NCBI GenBank assembly: GCA_043802925.1
Contig: JAZDKP010000285.1
Coordinates: 6,248-70,247 of the forward strand
DNA length: 64,000 nt
From: Fibrobacterota bacterium
GTDB taxonomy: Bacteria > Fibrobacterota > OXYB2-FULL-49-7 > JAEUSG01
Reading direction: 5' to 3'
Positions 35,665 to 45,302 of this stretch are shown here, in pieces. The translations under genes and the position numbers were made by a program. A model generated the notes under the pieces. It worked only from the letters and a program-made list of their open reading frames with translations. It was not told where the DNA came from and searched no databases. Numbering within the stretch: the first letter of the stretch is position 1; the number at the start of each line of letters is the position of its first letter.

Positions 35665-37968
35665 ATGACCCTCCCGATTCTTCTCAAGAAAGAGTTCAGC
35701 CTCCAGGAATTCCAGGTCAACAATATCCTCGCGCTCTTTGAATCAGGCGCCACCATTCCTTTCATGGCGCGCTACCGCAAGGAAGCCACGAACAGCCTCG
35801 ACGAAATCGAACTCCGGAACATCCGCGAACGGTACGATTATTACAACGAACTCTTTGCCCGCCGCGAAACCGTGCTCAAGACCATCGAGGCGCAGGGAAA
35901 GCTGACGGAAGAGCTGAAGAAGAAAATTGAGACCTGCCTTGAAAAAAACGCACTCGAGGACATCTATCTTCCCTACAAACCGAAAAAGAAGACACGCGCG
36001 ACCAAAGCGCGCGAAAGCGGGCTCGAACCGCTCTGCACGTCCATTCTGTCTCTCACGGACGCGAACGCGGACCTCGCCGCACTGGCCGCTCCGTTTATCA
36101 GCACGGAAAAAGGGGTACCGGACGCGGAGGCCGCGCTTTCCGGGGCCGCGGACATCTTTGCCGAACAGGTGGCCGAAACTGCGGCGCACCGGGATTTTGT
36201 GCGCACCACCTATGTTGAAAAAGGAGCGTTTGTCTCGCACGTGCGCAAGGCGTACGAAGGAAAAAAGACAAAGTTCGAAATGTACTATGACTTCAAGGCC
36301 CCGGTCAAGGGCATGGCCTCGCACACCGTGCTCGCGCTGCGCCGCGCCGAAAAAGAGGAGGTCATTCTCTTTGACATCGAGGCCGATGACGACGCCATTG
36401 TCAGCCGGCTGACCCGTGACGCCGTGTCCGTGGGGCCCGGCCCGGTACAGGCCTTCCTGGCTGGCGCGGTCAAGGACGGATACGAACGGCTGATGAAGGC
36501 CTCACTGACCGCGGAAGTGCGAATTGACAAAAAACATGAGGCGGACCGCGAAGCCATCCGGGTCTTTGAAACCAACCTGCGCGAACTTCTGCTGTCGCCG
36601 CCGGCCGGACAGGTGGCCGTACTGGGACTGGACCCCGGCTTCCGTAGCGGATGCAAACTCGCGGCAATCAGCGAAACCGGAAAGTTCCTCGAATATGCTA
36701 CCATTTTTCCGCACGAACCACAGAAGGACGAGGCCGGCGCGGCAAAAACACTTCTCAAGTTTACCCGGGCGCACCATCCAAAATATATTACCATCGGAAA
36801 CGGAACGGCCTCGCGTGAAAGCGAGCGTTTTGCCAAACTGGCACTGAAAGCGCTCCCCGGCGAAACCTCGCCAAAAGTGCTGCTCGTCAGCGAGTCGGGC
36901 GCCTCGGTTTATTCGGCCAGCGAATGCGCAATCCGCGAATTCCCGGACCTCGATCTCACCATCCGTTCCGCGGTCTCCATTGCACGGCGCTTTCAGGACC
37001 CACTGTCCGAGCTGGTCAAAATCGAACCCAAATCCATCGGCGTGGGCCAGTACCAGCATGATGTGGACCAGACGCTGCTCAAGAAAAAGCTGGACGAGGT
37101 GGTGGAATCGTGCGTCAACTATGTGGGCGTGGACGTCAATTGCGCCTCGGCCGAACTGCTGACCTACGTGTCGGGCCTGAACCGGGCCGTGGCCGAGAAC
37201 ATTGTCAAGCACCGCGACAAAAACGGCCCGTTCCGCGACCGGAATGCGCTTTCCGATGTTCCGCGCCTCGGGGACAAGGCGTTTGAACAGTGCGCAGGCT
37301 TTTTACGCATCAAGGGAGGCGGTAATCCGCTCGACGATTCGGCCGTGCACCCGGAAAGCTATTACATCGTGGAGAAGATGGCCAAAAACCTCGGCCTTCC
37401 CGTGGCCGCGCTGATACGCAACAGCGAAGTGCTCGATAAAATTGACGCCAAAGCCTTTACCGACGAAAAGACCGGCGTGGTCACGGTCAAGGACATCGTG
37501 GAGGAGTTGAAGAAACCAGGCCGCGATCCGCGATCGCAGTTCGCCTATGCCGAGTTCCGCGAGGATGTATCGGAAATCAGCCACCTGAAGGAGGGCATGG
37601 TCCTGGAAGGATGCGTGACCAACGTGGCGGCCTTTGGCGCGTTCGTGGACATCGGCGTACACCAGGACGGCCTCGTGCATGTTTCAAAGATGGCCGAGCG
37701 CTACGTCAAGGATCCGAACGAGGTGGTGAAGGTGGGCCAGATTGTGAAGGTCAAGGTCGTGGGCGTGGACGAGGCCCTGAAGCGAATATCGCTGTCCATG
37801 CGGCTGAACGAGGCTCCGGCCAAACCCGCGCCGCAGGAGAATCCCGGCCGCGGTCGGGATGACCGGAAAGGCCCGGCGCCTGCAAAACCAGGCCCGCAGC
37901 CCAGACCCGCTGTTCCGCAGAAGAAACCCGCCTCCATTCATGACCTGATCAAAAAATTCCAGGGGTGA
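35665..37968 (+). CDS. tex: Transcription accessory protein Tex (YqgF/HhH/S1 domains)
   Basis: IPFMARYRKE, LGLDPGFRSGCK (YqgF/RuvC-like), GVDVNCASAELL (HhH). S1 domain GMVLEGCVTNVAAFGAFVDIGVHQDGLVHVS. Basic Pro-rich tail. Confidence 0.95.
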   Translation: MTLPILLKKEFSLQEFQVNNILALFESGATIPFMARYRKEATNSLDEIELRNIRERYDYYNELFARRETVLKTIEAQGKLTEELKKKIETCLEKNALEDIYLPYKPKKKTRATKARESGLEPLCTSILSLTDANADLAALAAPFISTEKGVPDAEAALSGAADIFAEQVAETAAHRDFVRTTYVEKGAFVSHVRKAYEGKKTKFEMYYDFKAPVKGMASHTVLALRRAEKEEVILFDIEADDDAIVSRLTRDAVSVGPGPVQAFLAGAVKDGYERLMKASLTAEVRIDKKHEADREAIRVFETNLRELLLSPPAGQVAVLGLDPGFRSGCKLAAISETGKFLEYATIFPHEPQKDEAGAAKTLLKFTRAHHPKYITIGNGTASRESERFAKLALKALPGETSPKVLLVSESGASVYSASECAIREFPDLDLTIRSAVSIARRFQDPLSELVKIEPKSIGVGQYQHDVDQTLLKKKLDEVVESCVNYVGVDVNCASAELLTYVSGLNRAVAENIVKHRDKNGPFRDRNALSDVPRLGDKAFEQCAGFLRIKGGGNPLDDSAVHPESYYIVEKMAKNLGLPVAALIRNSEVLDKIDAKAFTDEKTGVVTVKDIVEELKKPGRDPRSQFAYAEFREDVSEISHLKEGMVLEGCVTNVAAFGAFVDIGVHQDGLVHVSKMAERYVKDPNEVVKVGQIVKVKVVGVDEALKRISLSMRLNEAPAKPAPQENPGRGRDDRKGPAPAKPGPQPRPAVPQKKPASIHDLIKKFQG

Positions 37969-38011
37969 TTTGCATAATCATCGTCGCGTGTTACGACACC
38001 GGGCGCAACGG

Positions 38012-38617
38012 TTATACCATTGATTTCTGCCGGTACATTACCGGGTTATTCTGAATGTAATTTCTGATTCTACCCAACGATTCTTTATCCCGTATTATAT
38101 GATCGTAATACCGTGGTTGCCATTGGAAGCGGGCATCCGGAAATTGACGATTGATATGTTTTGTGCATGCCGATTTGAATGACCGGATGATTGCCGGCAG
38201 GCTATTGGGATGGACCGACAATCCGGATACATCTGACATATGGATCGGCGGCGTTTGGGGTTCGTTTGTAGATGTAGCGTCGCAGCATGCTGCGACGCTA
38301 CATCGGGCGCCATTATCATTATGATTATCATGTCCATCATCATTGGCAATAACAATAATCCCATGCGCATGATCCGGCATGCAAATGAATGCATCCAATC
38401 TTACCGTTTTCGTATGCAATGGTATTTCAAACCAGGTTTTCTCAACCAGTCGACCGATTTCGGACAAAACCATATTACCATCAGCAACATTACCGAAGAA
38501 TGGCTCTTTGTCCTTTATACAAATAGTCACGAAATAATAACCGGGCATGCCATAATCCCACCCCATTAGCCGTCTGGAATGCTGGCTGGTATAAAATCTG
38601 TCTGAAAATCCTGCCAT
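38012..38617 (-). CDS. REP-associated tyrosine transposase (RAYT; IS200-like Y1/HUH transposase)
   Basis: GYYFVTICIKDK, HUH motif MPDHAHGII, catalytic-Tyr region WQPRYYDHIIRD, C-terminal IRNYIQNNP. Lies in an AT-rich islet. An about 45-aa insertion between the HUH and Tyr motifs contains a perfect palindrome. Confidence 0.8.
   Translation of the reverse strand: MAGFSDRFYTSQHSRRLMGWDYGMPGYYFVTICIKDKEPFFGNVADGNMVLSEIGRLVEKTWFEIPLHTKTVRLDAFICMPDHAHGIIVIANDDGHDNHNDNGARCSVAACCDATSTNEPQTPPIHMSDVSGLSVHPNSLPAIIRSFKSACTKHINRQFPDARFQWQPRYYDHIIRDKESLGRIRNYIQNNPVMYRQKSMV
38271..38304. repeat. Perfect 34-nt palindrome inside the RAYT coding sequence
   Basis: GATGTAGCGTCGCAGCATGCTGCGACGCTACATC equals its own reverse complement (checked base by base). 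Translated in the RAYT frame as ...CSVAACCDATS... Confidence 0.95.
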
Positions 38618-38805
38618 TGTTCATGATTAGAACCTTTATCTTCATAATTGTATCCATTTTTTCATCAAAGAATTTAATATCAACCGTTTCAAATTGTGTC
38701 ATGCTCCGGTTGATCCGGTTCAAAATGATATAACGATTCGATATGAAACAGCATCGATAAGAGGAAGCATCCCTGATTTCCCGCTTGTTTTCAAACCCAC
38801 GCTAT

Positions 38806-38820
38806 TGGCACCATAATTGC
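38806..38820 (+). promoter_or_regulatory. Sigma-54 (-24/-12) promoter candidate
   Basis: TGGCAC-CATAA-TTGC, exact GG-N10-GC spacing and the TGGCAC/TTGC cores. It is 95 nt upstream of the ABC operon ATG (38915). A sigma-54 activator is encoded in the same window. Confidence 0.55.
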
Positions 38821-38914
38821 CTGTATGCCAATAAACCATATCCATGAACCTCATTAAAATATTATTTTTCTGCATATTTTAAAATAATAGTCAGCCATAC
38901 CACGGAGGCGTTTC

Positions 38915-39595
38915 ATGCCCATCATCGAAATCAAGAACGTCAAAAAAGACTACCCCCTCGGCGCCACCACGGTGCATGCCCTGCGCGGTGTGGACCTGAC
39001 CATTGAAAAAGGGGACCTGCTGTCCATCATGGGGCCTTCGGGCAGCGGAAAGACCACGCTCCTCAACATCATCGGCTGCATCGACTACGCCACCGGGGGC
39101 AGCGTGCGGGTGGGGGACAGGGAAATCGCAAGCATGAACGACCGGCAGATCACCGACATCCGGCTTCATAAGATAGGCTTCATCTTCCAGACCTTCAACC
39201 TGATTCCCGTGCTCAACACCGTGGAAAACGTGGAGTTTCCGCTCCTGCTCATGAAAAAATACAGCAAGGCCGAAGTCCGGCAGAAAGCCGAAGCCCTCCT
39301 CGACAAGGTTGGACTCACCGAACACAAGCACCACCGGCCGGCTGAACTTTCGGGCGGCCAGCGCCAGCGCGTGGCCATTGCGCGCGCACTGGTCACCGGT
39401 CCGGACATTGTTCTGGCCGACGAGCCCACGGCCAACCTCGATTCCGTCACGGGCGCACAGATTCTCGAAACCATGATGGAAATGAACCGGACGGATCGCA
39501 CCACCTTCATCTTCTCCACCCACGACGTACATGTCATTAAATATGCCAAGACCGTGGTGAACATCCGGGACGGCCTGATTGTGAAGGAAGACTGA
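38915..39595 (+). CDS. ABC transporter ATP-binding protein (LolD/MacB-type)
   Basis: Walker A GPSGSGKTT, Q-loop, signature LSGGQRQRVAIARAL, Walker B IVLADEPTANLD. RBS GGAGG upstream. Confidence 0.93.
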   Translation: MPIIEIKNVKKDYPLGATTVHALRGVDLTIEKGDLLSIMGPSGSGKTTLLNIIGCIDYATGGSVRVGDREIASMNDRQITDIRLHKIGFIFQTFNLIPVLNTVENVEFPLLLMKKYSKAEVRQKAEALLDKVGLTEHKHHRPAELSGGQRQRVAIARALVTGPDIVLADEPTANLDSVTGAQILETMMEMNRTDRTTFIFSTHDVHVIKYAKTVVNIRDGLIVKED

Positions 39596-39598
39596 TCC

Positions 39599-41125
39599 AT
39601 GGGACTCCTCTTTAAAATCGCCTGGCGCAACATCATGCGTCACAAGGGCAAAAGTCTGGTCATCGGCTCCATCCTATTCCTGGGCGCCTTCCTCATGACC
39701 GCGGGCGACGCCGTGGTCTCAGGAATGGACGAGGGGCTCAAGTCGAGCGTTGTCAACGGCTTCACCGGTGATATCCTTGTCATGTCCAAAAAACAGATTG
39801 ATGACAACGTGTTCATGAGCATGATGGGCAAGGCCGTGGAACCCATCAACAACTACAAGGACATCAAAGCCGTCCTGCAGAAACAACCCTATCTTGAGGT
39901 GTTTCTACCAGCCGGCAAGAACATGGCCATCGTGCTGAACGAAGACGGCGGCACGCCCGGCAACGCCTTCATCATCGGCGTCGATTTTGAGGCATACGGA
40001 AAGATGTTCCCGAACAACTTCAAGGTCATCGAAGGCCAGCCTCCGCGCCCCCACGAAAAGGGGGTCATGGTACCCACCGGCGCCCGCGAACAGTTCTACG
40101 ATTTCACCAGCATCTGGTTTATACCTGAAAGCACTGCGCTCGATACCGCCAACCTCACCAAGGACGCGCGTGAGAACCGGCGGGAACTTTCCGTCAAGAC
40201 CAACACGGTCTTCATGGGCTTCAACAACGATAATTCCACCAACGATATCCGCCTGCCCGTGCGCGGAGTCATGAAATACAGCTCCCTCAATCATATCTGG
40301 GGCCACTTTGTGCTTATGGACATCGAGTCCTTCCGCAACTGCATGGGCTATATCGCGGCGTCCGAAAAAGCCGACTCCGTGCCTTCGGCCAAAAAAGCCC
40401 TGCTCGAAATGGCGGACAACAACCTCGACGCGCTCTTTTCGGACGCCTCCCTCATGGTGACCAATACCAAGGGCAGCTTCAACGAGGCGGACCTGAAACA
40501 CCGGGAAAACGCGGCCCCGGCCGTAGTGGACGTCGAGAATGGCACCTTCAACATGGTGTTCGTGAAATTGAAGAAGGGCATGGATAAGAAAAAGGCGCTG
40601 GACGATCTCAACAAGGCGTTGGAGGCAGCCAAAGTCAACGCCCGCGCCGTGGGCTGGGAAAAGGCCACCGGCGTCATCGGGAGTCTCACCCTGCTCATCA
40701 AGACCGCGCTCTTTGTGTTCGTCATGATCCTCTTCTTCGTGGCTATCATAATCATCGTCAACACGCTCTCCATGGCTGCGCTTGAACGCACCACCGAAAT
40801 AGGCATGATGCGGGCCGTGGGCGCGCGAAAGGGCTTCATCAGCCGCATGTTTTTTGCCGAGACCGCCATGCTCTCCTTTGTGTTCGGCGGACTCGGTATC
40901 GCAATCGGCGCCATGGCCGTCAAAATCACCGCACTCATTGGCATCACCTCAACAAACGACATGGTCCAGCTCCTGTTCGGGGGCGACACCTTCCAACCCA
41001 TGCTCACCGGCACCGATGTCTTCCTGTCGGTGTTACAGCTCGCACTCGTGACAATCATCGCGGTCATCTACCCCTTACGGGTCGCGCGCGGTATCACCCC
41101 GCTGGACGCCATCTCAAGGGACTAG
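39599..41125 (+). CDS. ABC transporter permease, FtsX/MacB-type with large periplasmic domain
   Basis: N-terminal LFKIAWRNIMRHKGKSLVIGSILFLG, about 300-aa extracytoplasmic domain, C-terminal FtsX 3-TM bundle (ERTTEIGMMRAVGARKGFI). Confidence 0.85.
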   Translation: MGLLFKIAWRNIMRHKGKSLVIGSILFLGAFLMTAGDAVVSGMDEGLKSSVVNGFTGDILVMSKKQIDDNVFMSMMGKAVEPINNYKDIKAVLQKQPYLEVFLPAGKNMAIVLNEDGGTPGNAFIIGVDFEAYGKMFPNNFKVIEGQPPRPHEKGVMVPTGAREQFYDFTSIWFIPESTALDTANLTKDARENRRELSVKTNTVFMGFNNDNSTNDIRLPVRGVMKYSSLNHIWGHFVLMDIESFRNCMGYIAASEKADSVPSAKKALLEMADNNLDALFSDASLMVTNTKGSFNEADLKHRENAAPAVVDVENGTFNMVFVKLKKGMDKKKALDDLNKALEAAKVNARAVGWEKATGVIGSLTLLIKTALFVFVMILFFVAIIIIVNTLSMAALERTTEIGMMRAVGARKGFISRMFFAETAMLSFVFGGLGIAIGAMAVKITALIGITSTNDMVQLLFGGDTFQPMLTGTDVFLSVLQLALVTIIAVIYPLRVARGITPLDAISRD

Positions 41126-41137
41126 GAGTCAACCATT

Positions 41138-42901
41138 ATGAAACTACTCCTTTCCATCGCCCTCCGGAACCTTCTGCGCCAGAAACGGCGCAATATCCTG
41201 CTGGGCATCGCCATCGCCTTCGGCACCATGATCCTCATCGTGGCCAACTCCTTTTCGCACGGTATCACCGACACGCTTTTCAACCGCATCGTGCGCATCA
41301 CTTACGGCCACGTGAACATCAGCGCCACAGAGAACGGCAATTTTGAACGGCAGATTATCCATGAGGGCGACCGCATCAAGCATCTTGTCTGGAAGAATAA
41401 CCCGGAGGTCACGGCAGTCCAGGAAGCCATCGGCAACTTTGCCCGCGCCATCGGCAACGGCAAGTCCGATAACGTGGTACTGGTGGGCGTTAACATCCAC
41501 GACACCATGTCCGCGGAGGACCAGAAGGACATGGAGGAGAACTTTAAAATGCTGGCCGGCCAGTTCGAGGACCTCGAGGCCCCCGGCATCCCCAACCCCG
41601 TCATTCTCTCAAAGGAAAAAGCGGACTACCTGAATGTAAAGGTCGGCGACGCGGTGCGCGTCCGTTTCCGCGACATCAACGGCCAGAGCCAGGCCGCCGC
41701 GCTGACCGTGGTCGGCATCTTCAAACCCACCAACCTTTTCATGTCCGTGCCCATCTTCGTGGACCTTAAACTGGTCAAGTCAATGATGGGGTACAAAAAA
41801 CATGAATCCAGCCAACTCGTGATCATGGTCAAGGACCCCCGTAAGGATGCGGTCATTGTGGCGGACAGGCTCCAGAAGCTCCTAAAGCCCGACATGGCGG
41901 TCATCGACTGCCGGATGCGCTGCAAGACCGGGGACGCTGGCGCGCTGATCCTGGGTTACAAGTCCGACTCAGCATCACTGGCCCTCCTCCGAAAAGCCCT
42001 CCCGCTCTTAGCCGGTGCGCCTGACACGGCCTTCTCCAGGAGCGGCGCGGTCATCAGCGCCTCCCTGGCCAAAGAGACCGGGCTTGCACCCAATGACACT
42101 TGCCTGATCAAGTACGCCGCCCGGTACGATGCGGACTCTGGTTATTTAAAAATTATCGTGAAGGGCGTGCGCAAAGACACTGTCCTCGATCCCGGTATTG
42201 TCCTTGTGAACGAAAAGGACTATTTCAAGGCCTATTACCGGAATCTTCCCGTCCGGCCCTCTTCGGAACTGGCAAGACTGCTGCCGGACAGCCAATTTGC
42301 CGCCTTTACCGCCATCCCCGGCGAATGGACGCTGCTCAAGCGCATCAGTTCGACCGAAGAATTGACACGTCTTTATAAGGACATTACCAAGAATAAATTG
42401 CGCTCAACCATGGTCTCAGTGAGCACCATGTACGAAGGGGCCAGCGCCATCATCAAGCTCGAATACGCGCTCAATCTCATCACTTTCGTCTGCGTCATGG
42501 TGCTCTTCTTCATCATCCTCATCGGCGTGGTCAACACCCTGCGCATGACCATCCGCGAGCGCACGCGCGAAATCGGCACGATCCGCGCCATCGGCATGCA
42601 AAAGAACGACGTACGCAACACCTTCATCGCCGAGACCGTCTTCCTTGCCATGTTCTCCTCGGCCGCGGGCACGGCACTGGCCTTCCTGATTATGCACCTG
42701 CTCGGGCTCAGTCCCATCAACCCGGGCGACAACCCCATGGCCATGCTGCTCGTGAACAGCCGGCTCTGCTTTGTGCCTACACTGCTCGCGGTCGTCGGAT
42801 ACAATGTTCTCATTTGGGTGATTGCGGGCGCCACCGCTTTTTTCCCGGCGCGCAAGGCGGCCAACATGTCGGCCTGCGAGGCGTTGCGTCATTATGAATA
42901 A
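41138..42901 (+). CDS. Second ABC transporter permease, FtsX/MacB-type
   Basis: IALRNLLRQKRRNILLGIAIAFG, large periplasmic domain, ERTREIGTIRAIGMQKNDV FtsX motif. Confidence 0.85.
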   Translation: MKLLLSIALRNLLRQKRRNILLGIAIAFGTMILIVANSFSHGITDTLFNRIVRITYGHVNISATENGNFERQIIHEGDRIKHLVWKNNPEVTAVQEAIGNFARAIGNGKSDNVVLVGVNIHDTMSAEDQKDMEENFKMLAGQFEDLEAPGIPNPVILSKEKADYLNVKVGDAVRVRFRDINGQSQAAALTVVGIFKPTNLFMSVPIFVDLKLVKSMMGYKKHESSQLVIMVKDPRKDAVIVADRLQKLLKPDMAVIDCRMRCKTGDAGALILGYKSDSASLALLRKALPLLAGAPDTAFSRSGAVISASLAKETGLAPNDTCLIKYAARYDADSGYLKIIVKGVRKDTVLDPGIVLVNEKDYFKAYYRNLPVRPSSELARLLPDSQFAAFTAIPGEWTLLKRISSTEELTRLYKDITKNKLRSTMVSVSTMYEGASAIIKLEYALNLITFVCVMVLFFIILIGVVNTLRMTIRERTREIGTIRAIGMQKNDVRNTFIAETVFLAMFSSAAGTALAFLIMHLLGLSPINPGDNPMAMLLVNSRLCFVPTLLAVVGYNVLIWVIAGATAFFPARKAANMSACEALRHYE

Positions 42902-42916
42902 CCGTTGGAGAAAAGA

Positions 42917-43675
42917 ATGAAGAAAACAATCTTCGCGTTGATGTTCCTGTCCTCCGCCTCCCTGTTCGCCGCTCCCCCCATCGGCGACATACTGAAGACC
43001 ATGGAAGACATCTACAAAATGACCACGGACGCCAAGGCGCGCGTACAGATGACCCAGCAGAAAAAAGACGAAGGGGTCAAGAACTTCGATATCCTCTGGT
43101 ACCGCCGCGATCGCGACAACGCCTTCCTCATGGTCATGGCCGCGCCGGAAAATGAAAAAGGCAACGGTTATCTCCGCATGGACGACAACTTCTGGATGTA
43201 CCGCCGTAACACGCGCACCTTCCAGCACATCAACCGCGACGAGTCCATCGGCGGCTCGGACGCGCACGGCGAGGACTTCGAAAACCGCAAACTGACCGAA
43301 ATGTACGCGGGTGCCAGGGACTCCGCCGGGAAGGAAAAAATTTCCGAGGACATGCTGGGAAAAATTCCGGTCTATAAGTTCGAGGTCAAGGCCATTGTAA
43401 ACGATGTGGACTATCCCCGGCAAACCATGTGGGTCCGGCGCGACAACAGCCTCATGCTCAAACAGGAATCCTACTCCTCCTCGGGTTCGCTCATGCAGAC
43501 CGCCTATTTCATCAACTACACCCGGATTGACGGACGCTATGTCTGCGTCAAACAGATGTTCATCGATGAATTCGAAAAAGGCAACAAGACCATCATGGAA
43601 ATATCCAACATCTCCACGGAAAAGCTTGATGACAACATGTTCACCAAGGCTTACCTGGAGAATCTGAGCAAATGA
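42917..43675 (+). CDS. Outer-membrane lipoprotein-sorting protein (LolA-like fold)
   Basis: Signal peptide MKKTIFALMFLSSASLFA (ATG at 42917 preferred over TTG at 42905; GGAG 6 nt upstream). NFWMYRRNTR, IPVYKFEV and DNMFTKAYLEN are typical of the LolA_like family. Confidence 0.78.
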   Translation: MKKTIFALMFLSSASLFAAPPIGDILKTMEDIYKMTTDAKARVQMTQQKKDEGVKNFDILWYRRDRDNAFLMVMAAPENEKGNGYLRMDDNFWMYRRNTRTFQHINRDESIGGSDAHGEDFENRKLTEMYAGARDSAGKEKISEDMLGKIPVYKFEVKAIVNDVDYPRQTMWVRRDNSLMLKQESYSSSGSLMQTAYFINYTRIDGRYVCVKQMFIDEFEKGNKTIMEISNISTEKLDDNMFTKAYLENLSK

Positions 43676-45072
43676 TGCGCGCCATCGCCCTCCTCACAGC
43701 GCTCCTGCTGACCGCAGGCATTCTCCCGGCGCAGGACGTGGACGAGTCCGCCCTTTTCGGCGACACCGCGACCGTGACCCAGGCGCCGCTCAACACGGGC
43801 GACAGCGCGACACAGCCGCCCATAAAGAACACCAGTATCTCCGGCGACCTCACGGCCGTGGGGTATAATTCCTTTCCCCGCGATGACTGGCGCGGTTCCA
43901 CGCTCACGACCATGGCCGTGGGCGATCTCTACCTCGACGCGCGCCTCCTTCAGGGCATCAAGGGCTATGCGTCCGTGGAGGCCTCCTACATGGCCAGCAT
44001 GGACACGACCACGTTCAACCTGCGTGAAATGTTCGTGGACATGAACGTGCGCGGCCGGGTTTACCTTCGCGCGGGCAAACAGGTGCTCCAGTGGGGCCGC
44101 TGCAACCTCTGGAACCCCGTGGACCTCATCAATGTCGAACGGAAGCAGTTTGTCCAACGCATCGGCAGCCGCGAAGGCGTGTTCGGCCTCAAGGCGCATG
44201 TCCCCTTCGGCACGGCCGTGAACCTCTACGGTTTCATTGACACGCGCAACGCAGCAGCCCCGGATTCTCTGGCAGGGGCCGCCAAGGCCGAGTTTATCAT
44301 CAAGGGCACGGAAATGGCTTTCAGCGCCTGGGGCAAACAGAATAAGATGCCGGTGCTGGGATACGACATCTCCAGCCGAGTCGCGCTCATTGACATTGCG
44401 GGCGAGGTAGCCCTTTTTCGCCAGGACAACGAATACCGCATGGGCCAGCAGGGGGACTCCCTGTTTCTATTGAAGGGCCCCAAAGACTGGACCCCGCGAA
44501 TCGCGCTGAACCTGTCGCATTCGTTTGACGTAAACGGCGTTCCGGATCGCCTGCTGGTTTCAGTGGAAGGGTACTACAACGGCGCAGGATATGACAGTCA
44601 CATGTTCGATGATAAAAAGACGTATGCCTACGCAAACAGCAGGGCGCCGCAACCTGAGACTATACGCATGACAATTCCCACGCCGTTCGGCGACCCCATT
44701 GACACCACCGTCACGGTCCAACGTTCCCTGCCTCCCCAGACCAAGCTCGAATATTTTATCATGAACGGCCTTTACCGGCCCAACGAACACTCGTATTACT
44801 ACGCCGCGCTGTTCACCTCTTTCAGCCGCTTCATCACCAGCAACATGAGCCTGTCGTTCAATGCCATCGGCAACCTCGGCGAACGGTGCGCCACCCTGTC
44901 CGGCTCGCTTTCATACACCGACCTTCGCAACCTCTCGCTGTCCCTGACCATCCTCGGCTACGCGGGCCCCGTGGAACGCGAATACACCCTGGGTTACCGG
45001 TTTTCGGACAAGGGAATGACGCTTTACGACAAGGGAGCGGACGTCCAGTTCACGGCCGGAATCAGTTTCTGA
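43672..45072 (+). CDS. Putative outer-membrane beta-barrel/porin-like protein of unknown family
   Basis: Signal peptide MMRAIALLTALLLTAGILPAQ, alternating-strand composition, C-terminal ...QFTAGISF. ATGA overlap with the upstream gene. Confidence 0.6.
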   Translation: MMRAIALLTALLLTAGILPAQDVDESALFGDTATVTQAPLNTGDSATQPPIKNTSISGDLTAVGYNSFPRDDWRGSTLTTMAVGDLYLDARLLQGIKGYASVEASYMASMDTTTFNLREMFVDMNVRGRVYLRAGKQVLQWGRCNLWNPVDLINVERKQFVQRIGSREGVFGLKAHVPFGTAVNLYGFIDTRNAAAPDSLAGAAKAEFIIKGTEMAFSAWGKQNKMPVLGYDISSRVALIDIAGEVALFRQDNEYRMGQQGDSLFLLKGPKDWTPRIALNLSHSFDVNGVPDRLLVSVEGYYNGAGYDSHMFDDKKTYAYANSRAPQPETIRMTIPTPFGDPIDTTVTVQRSLPPQTKLEYFIMNGLYRPNEHSYYYAALFTSFSRFITSNMSLSFNAIGNLGERCATLSGSLSYTDLRNLSLSLTILGYAGPVEREYTLGYRFSDKGMTLYDKGADVQFTAGISF

Positions 45073-45169
45073 ACATTCCGCGAATCGCAGTCATCAGGCA
45101 AGCATGGATGCAGGTTTAAAAGCGTTGGTTTCAAACCGGGCGAATAACTATTTTTATGCCCTATTTAAT

Positions 45170-45259
45170 GGAGAGATGTCCGAGCCCGGTTTAAGGAGCA
45201 CGATTGGAAATCGTGTATACGTCAAAAGCGTATCGCGGGTTCAAATCCCGCTCTCTCCG
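45170..45259 (+). tRNA. tRNA-Ser (anticodon GGA), class II with long variable arm
   Basis: Acceptor GGAGAGA/TCTCTCC. Anticodon stem CACGA/TCGTG with loop TTGGAAA. Variable arm TATACG..CGTATC. T arm GCGGG-TTCAAAT-CCCGC. No encoded CCA; followed by T7. Confidence 0.92.
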
Positions 45260-45302
45260 TTTTTTTGAAATACTTAAATCGGTAGGAAAAACGCTTTTTT
45301 GT

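Noticed and set aside
38490-38723. 77-aa minus-strand ORF overlapping the RAYT 5' end
   Set aside because: It runs out of frame through the RAYT N-terminus. Its upstream part is AT-rich with no motif, so it is probably non-coding leader DNA.
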